Origin: Oscillospiraceae bacterium
GTDB lineage: Bacteria; Bacillota; Clostridia; Oscillospirales; UBA929
Reading direction: 5' to 3'
Assembly: GCA_009777475.1 (NCBI GenBank)
Contig: WRLU01000001.1
Span: forward strand, 87,608 to 151,607
DNA length: 64,000 nucleotides
In this document: in pieces, positions 57,563 through 64,000 of the stretch
Layout of the letters: every line of letters starts with the position of its first letter
How positions within the stretch are numbered: the stretch's first letter is position 1
Made by a program: the position numbers and the translations under genes
Notes under the pieces: model-generated
Told to the model about the DNA's origin: nothing
Seen by the model: the letters and a program-made list of their open reading frames with translations, nothing else
The model's database searches: none

Positions 57563-57811
57563 ATGGAAGCAAGGGTTTTAGTCGCGTGTATTTTGCAGGT
57601 AATTATGGCGGTGGTTCTAATTGCCGTTGTGTTGTTCCAGTCCGGTAAACGTTCGGGACTGTCGGGAGCTATCTCGGGTGCGGCAGATACTTTTTTAGCA
57701 AAAAACGCCGCAAAAACATGGGATGCCCGTCTTGCCAAAATGACTAAATGGGTGGCAATTTTCTTCATTATACTTACCTTGGTATTGAATCTCGGTTCAT
57801 TCCAAGCGTGA
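57563..57811 (+). CDS. secG: preprotein translocase subunit SecG
   Basis: 82 aa with two TM helices and the conserved LFQSGK..GLSGAISG segment. GGAG SD. Confidence 0.85.
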   Translation: MEARVLVACILQVIMAVVLIAVVLFQSGKRSGLSGAISGAADTFLAKNAAKTWDARLAKMTKWVAIFFIILTLVLNLGSFQA

Positions 57812-57860
57812 TTTGTGTGCGGAACAGACAGTGTTTCTGTTGTTGGACGCTGTTTTTCTT

Positions 57861-57950
57861 GGAGAGGTGTCCGAGTGGCCGAAGGAGCACGATTGGAAAT
57901 CGTGTGTACGCAAAAACGTACCAGGAGTTCAAATCTCCTCCTCTCCGCCA
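57861..57950 (+). tRNA. tRNA-Ser (anticodon GGA)
   Basis: Manual cloverleaf: GGAGAGG acceptor, CACGA-TTGGAAA-TCGTG anticodon arm, long variable arm GTACG-CAAAAA-CGTAC, T arm AGGAG-TTCAAAT-CTCCT, encoded CCA. Confidence 0.9.
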
Positions 57951-57959
57951 AGCCAATGT

Positions 57960-58006
57960 CAAGCCCCCGACAAAAAAATTCTTAAAATTTTTTTGTCGGG
58001 GGCTTG
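57960..58006. terminator. bidirectional terminator after tRNA-Ser
   Basis: A perfect 19-bp palindrome, CAAGCCCCCGACAAAAAAA ... TTTTTTTGTCGGGGGCTTG. Confidence 0.8.
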
Positions 58007-58029
58007 ACGGCACCATTTCCCCTTATATA

Positions 58030-58606
58030 TCAAGGGGTTTTCCAAACAACCTCAAGCTTCATGCCGGGATATACCAATACCTTGTCAACCAACGCTTCCA
58101 CCAATTCAGGGGATAGTTTTTTCGCCCCAAGTGCCCCCCTCACGGTGCTAGACAATGGTTTGCCCGCCGCTTTTTCTTTGTTCTTGGCGGCACAACGGCT
58201 CCTTTTGTCAAATTCAACTTTGGTAGTTTTGTACTGTTCTTCGCCAATCTCCCCAAGAACAAACTGCTCGTACAAAATTCGCTTGGCATCTTCGTTTTCA
58301 GAGGATTGGGGCGAAATATTATCCTCAATATTGCCCAAAAAACTGTTTCGCTCGCTGAGATACAGCCTTGTAAACCTCTGTTTCCAGCTCTTTTGCCGGA
58401 ATTTTAAGCCGATAGCAGTCTCTATCCGGCGCAACATGGGTAAATTGGCAGTGAAACGCTGTGTTTTTAGTTTGGCTGAGTCTCATTTTATGCCCGCAGC
58501 AACCGCAGACCACTTTGCCTTTCAGAGGGTTGTCAAATTTTCCATATCGCTCCCATGTTCCGATTTTCCGTCCCCTCAACGGAGACTTGCGCAAGCAGAT
58601 TACCAA
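58030..58606 (-). pseudogene. large serine recombinase, C-terminal remnant (catalytic domain deleted, internal frameshift)
   Basis: A zinc-ribbon piece (GKVVCGCCGHKM...FHCQF) and a C-terminal piece (LSPELVEALVDKVLVYPGMKLEVVWK) lie in two frames. No resolvase domain. Confidence 0.7.
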
Positions 58607-58866
58607 GGCGGTGCTGGAGGAGTTCAGCCAAGCGGTTGAGCTGAAAGCCGAGAAACATCAAGGGCTTGCCGACCAAATGCGTGAGGCTGGGGCAAAGGCG
58701 GCGGCTCATAATGCTGAAAAAGCAGGCCAGCCGAAACCGTCAAGGGCGGCGGAGATTGCGGTCTAAAAGCAGACCGATAGGAAAAGGCGGCGTTTTGCCG
58801 CCTCCTTTTCCTTTGACGAAACCAAAAATGTGTGGTAAAATCAAAACAATACGAGGGGGTAGCGGC

Positions 58867-60123
58867 ATGGAATGTACGCTGATGCACAAAAATATCCCGG
58901 TTTTAGACCTTACCATTTCGGAATATAGCGGAAATATTGAAAAACACGGCAATATTCATAATTCCGCTCATATTCCGCTTGGCACAACCATTAACTCCGG
59001 AAGAGAAAAGGGCAATATTATCCCCCGTTCTCTCAATGACTGGTGGACTGGCCGCTCTATCCCTGCCAGCCGTGACGGGATTCGGGAAGTCTTTGAAACG
59101 CTCGGGATTCACAATACGGCTTTGCTTCTGACCAAATGTTACGGTTTGAGTTTGTCTGACCAGTATTGGGTTTGTCCGAAAAATTCAGGGTTGTGCTGGG
59201 AAAATGTCAATTTTTTTCACAATGAGTTTTCAAAAGATGTCGGTGAGATATTGTTTGGTTCAACATCGGAAGACCCCGAACACATCAGCCTTATGTCGCC
59301 GGACAACACATCGGACGGCTGGCTTCGCAAAAAGTGGATTATTGCAAACGAAAAGCGGGTTTTGATGAAAGGCGGCAGCGGTGTTTATCAGCAAGAACCG
59401 TTCAACGAAGTGGTTGCGACTGCCATTATGCGGCGGCTTGGCATTGAGCATATTCCATACACCGTAACAACTGAAAAAGGAAAGCCATACAGTTTGTGTG
59501 AAAATTTTGTCATGCCCGAAACCGAGTTAGTTCCGGCTTGGCGTGTATGTCATACTCTGGAAAAAGATAACAGGGATTCTCATCTAATGCACCTCTTGCG
59601 TTGCTGTGAAAATCTCGCTATACCAAATGTCAGCGATGCAATGAACAAAATGCTTGTCCTAGACTATATCATTGCCAATCAAGACAGGCATTACAACAAT
59701 TTCGGCTTTATCCGCAATGCAGAAACGCTGGAATGGCTTGGGTTTGCACCGATTTTTGACAGCGGAACATCGCTCTGGTATAACACACAAAGGGTAGGTA
59801 TCGAGACGGAAAGCAAGCCTTTCCGAAAAACCCACCAAGAACAAATCAAGCTAGTGACGGATTTTTCGTGGTTTGAACATTCTTCCTTAAAAGGGCTGGC
59901 AGATGAAATAATGGAGATTTTTTCTTCTGCCCCGGAAGTTGACCAAGCCAGAGCAAAGTCAATTACACGGCAGGCGTTGGAACGTGCCGGACAAATCGAA
60001 CAACTGGAAAAAACGAAAATCCCCTTGGCACAGCGGATGGAAACAGCTCGTGCAGAAGCTGAAAAGCATAATGCCCAACGAGAAAAAATACCCGGCAAGC
60101 AAAAAAACGAACACGAAATATAA
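58867..60123 (+). CDS. HipA-like Ser/Thr kinase (HipA_C domain), orphan
   Basis: NQDRHYNNFGF matches the HipA D-x-H-x-x-N-F catalytic loop. APIFDSG matches the HipA P-L-Y-D metal-binding motif. ATG 58867 follows GAGGGGG. The ORF track starts at 58666. Confidence 0.75.
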   Translation: MECTLMHKNIPVLDLTISEYSGNIEKHGNIHNSAHIPLGTTINSGREKGNIIPRSLNDWWTGRSIPASRDGIREVFETLGIHNTALLLTKCYGLSLSDQYWVCPKNSGLCWENVNFFHNEFSKDVGEILFGSTSEDPEHISLMSPDNTSDGWLRKKWIIANEKRVLMKGGSGVYQQEPFNEVVATAIMRRLGIEHIPYTVTTEKGKPYSLCENFVMPETELVPAWRVCHTLEKDNRDSHLMHLLRCCENLAIPNVSDAMNKMLVLDYIIANQDRHYNNFGFIRNAETLEWLGFAPIFDSGTSLWYNTQRVGIETESKPFRKTHQEQIKLVTDFSWFEHSSLKGLADEIMEIFSSAPEVDQARAKSITRQALERAGQIEQLEKTKIPLAQRMETARAEAEKHNAQREKIPGKQKNEHEI

Positions 60124-60198
60124 TCAAACAAATGTCGGTATGAAAGCACCCATTCAGAACGGATGGGTGCTTTGTGCCGCACCGAAAAGGAGGAAAAT

Positions 60199-61353
60199 AT
60201 GGAGTCTGAAAAAATTGAGCAAATGCAAGATTGGCTCTTCGCCCGCATCAATAAAAACTACACCGAATACCTTGATTCATTGGATAATTTCAGCAAAACT
60301 GAAATTATCAACATGGCGGGAAGAATCAAGGCTGTGTCTGATGCACATTCATATATGACCACATGGCACGATTATGACGCACATGAGCTGGCCTATCTTC
60401 TTGAATTTCAAAATCCCCTTGAAGTTTTTGCTGACGAATGGTACGAACGCTGTATTGACCAGAGCGACATGAGTTTTGCGATGGAAGAGATTTATGAACG
60501 CAGTGAGTTTCTGTTAGATCAATATCCTCTGATACATGATGCAGACGTACCCATTGACACAAGCCTGCGGCGGTTTATGGGTGTTGATTTGGAAGTGTTT
60601 CTCGGTAAAATCGCAGAAAAAACGATTGTCCATTATCCCAATGACTGGAAATACGATGCCCAAGAACTGCGTAAAATAGCACAGGCCGGGAACAGTGAAG
60701 ATAAGCGGTTGATTTGGCACGTCTGTTCAATGGGTACACACTTGAAAAATGAGCGTGATGTGTATATCAGGGACACCGGGGCGTATGAATTTATGACAGA
60801 TTATCACCAAAATGACCCGGATATGTTCGGCTATTATGTCGAGGTTTTGGGCGTGGACAGCAGCGGCAGTGTTGTCGGTAACGTCTTTGAAGTGGGCAAT
60901 TACGCCGAGTTTGCGGAGCATATCCGCAATGTGGCCGAGACGCTTGAATCGCTAACTCTCATTTACTCTGACTCTTGGGGTGTCAACGCCGGAAAAGCCG
61001 TCACGGTCAGCCGCAGGGAGTATGACGACGACCGTCACCGCCTGATGAGCCAAAGCGGTAACGTAACTAAGGTTGTCTACCATCCCAAGGATAAAGTGCG
61101 TCTGGCAGGATTGATTGTTGCTGAAAGGGCACGGCGTATGTCTCGGCCAATGGGCAGCATGAGTACGCATTTTCAGAAAATTCACGAAATCTTAAAAGAA
61201 GTCCGTAAGCCCCCGGAAAAATCCAAGTCAAAAGACAGAGTGCCGCTGGATGAACAAATCAGAATAGGCAGAGAAAAAATGAAGGCACAAAATAACGCAC
61301 AGGAGGCGGCACAAGCAAATACTAAATCCCGCAAGCGAAATGAACGCTCTTGA
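60199..61353 (+). CDS. hypothetical 385-aa protein with K/R/E-rich tail (mobile-element associated)
   Basis: AGGAGGAAAA SD. I recognise no motif. It vaguely resembles uncharacterised proteins of Clostridiales conjugative elements. Confidence 0.6.
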   Translation: MESEKIEQMQDWLFARINKNYTEYLDSLDNFSKTEIINMAGRIKAVSDAHSYMTTWHDYDAHELAYLLEFQNPLEVFADEWYERCIDQSDMSFAMEEIYERSEFLLDQYPLIHDADVPIDTSLRRFMGVDLEVFLGKIAEKTIVHYPNDWKYDAQELRKIAQAGNSEDKRLIWHVCSMGTHLKNERDVYIRDTGAYEFMTDYHQNDPDMFGYYVEVLGVDSSGSVVGNVFEVGNYAEFAEHIRNVAETLESLTLIYSDSWGVNAGKAVTVSRREYDDDRHRLMSQSGNVTKVVYHPKDKVRLAGLIVAERARRMSRPMGSMSTHFQKIHEILKEVRKPPEKSKSKDRVPLDEQIRIGREKMKAQNNAQEAAQANTKSRKRNERS

Positions 61354-61396
61354 CATTGCAACGATTATTCGTTATAATGCAGTCAGGAGGATTTTA

Positions 61397-61969
61397 ATGA
61401 TGAAATTAAGTGAAGTTTTGCAAGAAAAAAATATGACAAAATACAGGCTTTCCAAAATCAGCGGAGTGCCTTTTACGACTGTCAGCGAAATCACCACGGG
61501 CAAAACAAACATCAAAAATTGCACCGGCGAAACGCTGTATAAACTAGCAAAGGCTTTGAATGTAACAATGGAGGATTTGGTCAGGGACAGTGTGGAATAT
61601 CGTCAGAATTTTGAAACTTACAAGAGCAATATCTGCCATATGGTCAAGGATATGGGCGATATCGATTTTATTATTAACACGTTGGAATCAGGCAAAATCC
61701 GAACGCTGTATCAAAAAAAGTGGTATCCTGAAAGCCTGTATCTTTTGGCGATGCTTGACTATTTAAGCCGTGAGAATGATTTGCCCCTTTGTGAGGACTA
61801 CAGTGATATTCGAGCCGTTCGTCTGAGTGACCCGATTTACCCGGCAAGTATTATTGCTATGAGCGTGTTCTGCCGTAGCGACCAACCCAAAAAAGATAGC
61901 TATGCAGAGGCAATACCTGAGTTTATACGGTTTAATATCGTGGAAAGCGAGGTGCGTAATGTCTGCTGA
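61397..61969 (+). CDS. XRE-family HTH protein with ~120-aa C-terminal domain
   Basis: HTH segment KYRLSKISGVPFTTVSEITTGK. AGGAGG SD. The ORF track starts at 61340. Confidence 0.7.
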   Translation: MMKLSEVLQEKNMTKYRLSKISGVPFTTVSEITTGKTNIKNCTGETLYKLAKALNVTMEDLVRDSVEYRQNFETYKSNICHMVKDMGDIDFIINTLESGKIRTLYQKKWYPESLYLLAMLDYLSRENDLPLCEDYSDIRAVRLSDPIYPASIIAMSVFCRSDQPKKDSYAEAIPEFIRFNIVESEVRNVC

Positions 61970-62300
61970 TATGCCGTTTACCAAAGAAAATCTTGACACA
62001 ACCCTCAAAGAACTCGGCAAGACGTTCCGAAAGCTAAACGGTACAAAAATGCCCGCTGAAATTATCCTGATTGGTGGTGCGGCAATACTTGCCAATTACG
62101 GTTTTCGTGAGATGACCTATGATATTGATGCTGTAATCCTTGCCTCTTCCGCTATGAAAGAGGCGATTAACCATGTAGGCGACAAAATGGGATTGCCTAA
62201 CGGCTGGCTCAATGCGGACTTCAAAAGGACGGCATCCTTTTCGGAGAAACTCTTGCGGAATATTATCTGCGCACATATAACTTCCTGCTCGAAGGCATAA
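61959..62300 (+). CDS. minimal nucleotidyltransferase-fold protein, probably C-terminally truncated
   Basis: GGAAILANYGFREMTYDIDA fits the G[GS]-x9-13-D-x-D NTase motif. Overlaps the XRE gene by 11 nt. The sequence changes character after about residue 95. Confidence 0.5.
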   Translation: MSADMPFTKENLDTTLKELGKTFRKLNGTKMPAEIILIGGAAILANYGFREMTYDIDAVILASSAMKEAINHVGDKMGLPNGWLNADFKRTASFSEKLLRNIICAHITSCSKA

Positions 62301-62370
62301 CGCTGATAGAGATAGATGTGGACGCAAAGACACTCAGGGTTCTAAAAGATTAAGTGAGGGGGAAATAATC

Positions 62371-62721
62371 ATGCCAGATGTGGTTTATATTGTCTTAATA
62401 ATTGCTATGATTGTGGGGTTTGGTTATTTCGCTTGGGCTATGAAAAAGAAGGAAGACGAACGCAAAGACAGAAAAGAACAAATGAAGCACGAGCGTAAAA
62501 TGAACAACCGCCATAACCGAAAGAAAGAACAAGCACGGTTGAAACATGAGCTTGAGATGGCAAAAGTACAGACGGCGCACGAGTTCAAGACCGATAAAGA
62601 GCAGAAGGCTCACGAACGCATGATGGATGGGCGTAAATCTATTGGTGAACAGTTGATAGAGATTATCCCCGATTCCCTTAAGAGTGTTGGAGATATTCTC
62701 AGCTTTTGGAAGAAAAAATAA
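62371..62721 (+). CDS. hypothetical membrane-anchored K/E/H-rich protein
   Basis: One N-terminal TM helix, then charged repeats (KEQMKHERKM, KEQARLKHE, KEQKAHERMM). GAGGGGGAAA SD. Confidence 0.5.
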   Translation: MPDVVYIVLIIAMIVGFGYFAWAMKKKEDERKDRKEQMKHERKMNNRHNRKKEQARLKHELEMAKVQTAHEFKTDKEQKAHERMMDGRKSIGEQLIEIIPDSLKSVGDILSFWKKK

Positions 62722-62741
62722 AAAAGAGGTGGGGTATAGTT

Positions 62742-63230
62742 ATGGCGCGACAGCGATTACGTGATAGGTACACGCACGAGGACTTAGGTGTTACCAAAGC
62801 TGAATTTAACAGACTGTTGCAAGCTGTTGACGACGAGATAATTCACGAGGGTATTGCCTTTTCAAAAAGAAACATTGATATGTTCAAGTATGGCGGTATG
62901 CGTATTGATGACCTTATAAGAACTTGGTCTGTCCGTGGCTATAAAGACCCCTTTGAAGGTCGTGTGTTCGACATTAGTCAGCGCGAGTTTGAAGAAATTG
63001 TTTATGAAGCCGCTGTAAATAACCCAAGTGTTGACGCATACAAAATCGAAGGGGCTACCGTATACGTAAAATTCTATTCGCGCTCCAGAAAACAGAGTTG
63101 GCAGGCGGTTTTAGATTTTAACGATGACGGAAGATATACCCGCCGTTTTTGTGGACACAGGCTTAGAATATCCCGAATTGAGGGCATTTGTGCGGACAAA
63201 AGACGATGTAACACCCTAAAAAGTTTTTGA
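62742..63230 (+). CDS. hypothetical protein, C-terminus replaced by out-of-frame gene debris
   Basis: AGAGGTGGGG SD and ATG 62742. After about residue 130 another frame reads VFVDTGLEYPELRAFVRTKDDVTP, a PAPS-reductase-like fragment. Confidence 0.45.
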   Translation: MARQRLRDRYTHEDLGVTKAEFNRLLQAVDDEIIHEGIAFSKRNIDMFKYGGMRIDDLIRTWSVRGYKDPFEGRVFDISQREFEEIVYEAAVNNPSVDAYKIEGATVYVKFYSRSRKQSWQAVLDFNDDGRYTRRFCGHRLRISRIEGICADKRRCNTLKSF

Positions 63231-63390
63231 ATTAGCGAAAACTCACACGAAATACCAATCCCGTTGTTGGGAAAGTTGCCGCAGAAATGGAAATACCCCA
63301 TTGGCTTTTGGAGGCGATGGAAAAGTTAAGACTTGCAAACACAGATAATTTCGGGTATAATATCTTTAGATTGATGGGGAGGCGAACATT

Positions 63391-63663
63391 ATGCCAAATA
63401 TACAACCCAGCACAATTTTAGGAACGCATTACAATGACATCTCTTCCTTCTGTAACGATAACCGTGAACCTATGTTCATTACCAAAAATGGACAAGGCGA
63501 CCTTGCAGTGATGAGCATTGAGATGTATGAAAACCTCAATGGCAAACAAGAGTTGTACCGCTTATTGGATGAGGGTATGGCGGATATACAAGCGGGTCGG
63601 GTACGTCATTACAATGAAGTCTTTGACGAAATTGAGCAGGAGATATTGGATGGACATTTATAA
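63391..63663 (+). CDS. Phd/YefM-family type II antitoxin
   Basis: 90 aa with the pattern PMFITKNGQGDLAVMSIEMYE. GGGGAGG SD. Confidence 0.8.
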   Translation: MPNIQPSTILGTHYNDISSFCNDNREPMFITKNGQGDLAVMSIEMYENLNGKQELYRLLDEGMADIQAGRVRHYNEVFDEIEQEILDGHL

Positions 63664-63964
63664 AGTCGAGCTAGCCAAAGCTGCTGAATGCGATATGAAA
63701 GATATCGCACGATACATCACATCAAAACTAAATGCACCGACAGCCGCAATTAATACGGTACAGGCGATTAGGGCAGAAATTGGCAATCTGAAAACAAATG
63801 CTCTTCTGCATTCGCTTGTTCGAAATGACCGACTGTCGGATAAAGGCTACCGCCCGATGATTATAAAAAACTACATCGTTTTTTATGTGGTCAATGAGAA
63901 GGACAAAATTGCCTCTGTTGCTCGTATTCTCCATAGCCGCCGTGATTGGCAAAGCATCTTGTAA
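63650..63964 (+). CDS. RelE/ParE-family type II toxin
   Basis: 104 aa from ATG 63650, overlapping the antitoxin by 14 nt. The C-terminal pattern YIVFYVVNEKDKIASVARILHSRRD is typical of ParE/RelE. Confidence 0.8.
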   Translation: MDIYKVELAKAAECDMKDIARYITSKLNAPTAAINTVQAIRAEIGNLKTNALLHSLVRNDRLSDKGYRPMIIKNYIVFYVVNEKDKIASVARILHSRRDWQSIL

Positions 63965-64000
63965 AATAAAACAACCATCAACCCCACCGGCTGCCCTCTC

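Larger units (their letters stand above)
57951..64000. mobile_element. decayed integrative/conjugative-element remnant next to tRNA-Ser (right end beyond window)
   Basis: A serine-recombinase pseudogene abuts the tRNA. The region also has multiple truncated or fused gene fragments and TA-like cargo. Confidence 0.5.

Noticed and set aside
1-64000. CRISPR arrays, rRNA genes, intact IS elements or transposases, reverse transcriptases, and biosynthetic (RiPP/NRPS/PKS) clusters.
   Set aside because: I looked for regularly spaced direct repeats, rRNA-like conserved blocks and transposase-like ORFs, and found none. The only periodic DNA lies inside coding repeats (the WG-repeat gene, the PG_binding modules and the MltG N-terminus).

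Overview
64-kb chromosomal window from a roughly 50% GC Firmicute. By gene content it looks like a spore-forming member of Clostridia, but the taxon is inference only.

Backbone genes:
- A partial PdaA-like deacetylase, a HAD hydrolase, recJ, relA/spoT, a UDP-sugar dehydrogenase and hisS.
- A minus-strand block: a DUF2156-like protein, an RluA-family pseudouridine synthase, RNase J and a 760-aa nucleotidyltransferase/phosphomutase.
- rpmG-secE-nusG-rplK-rplA, followed directly by rpsB-tsf and then tRNA-Met and tRNA-Glu.
- glnA plus an ANTAR pseudo-receiver regulator.
- An eight-gene aromatic amino-acid operon: aroF-tyrA-aroB-aroA-aroC-pheA-aroE/aroK-aroQ.
- An alaS/mltG/5-formyl-THF cyclo-ligase block, and secG with tRNA-Ser.

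Three accessory patches:
1. 23.4-34.4 kb, after tRNA-Glu: an Mrr-type endonuclease, an MmeI-family type IIL restriction-modification enzyme, a secreted WG-repeat protein with a decayed paralogue, an unlisted 41-aa basic ORF, a 5'-truncated multi-PG-binding amidase, and an AT-rich large serine recombinase with a translationally coupled 49-aa ORF.
2. 46.9-51 kb: an AAC(3)-family acetyltransferase whose 5' end is duplicated on either side of a methyltransferase gene, plus small accessory genes.
3. 57.95 kb to the window end, after tRNA-Ser: a decayed integrative-element graveyard. It holds a serine-recombinase pseudogene, an orphan HipA-like kinase, a 385-aa unknown protein, an XRE/nucleotidyltransferase pair, gene fragments and a Phd-ParE pair.

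Observations I rate highest:
- A Phe/Tyr-rich leader peptide plus terminator upstream of the aro operon, a candidate ribosome-mediated attenuator.
- The HipA-like cluster.
- The recombinase cassette sitting exactly at the broken 5' end of the cell-wall hydrolase gene.
- The Mrr plus MmeI-like tandem.
- A 141-nt inverted-repeat element flanked by perfect 13-nt direct repeats.
- An orphan structured region after rplA.

I saw no CRISPR array, rRNA or intact IS element. All calls rest on reading the sequence and the ORF translations; no database search was possible.
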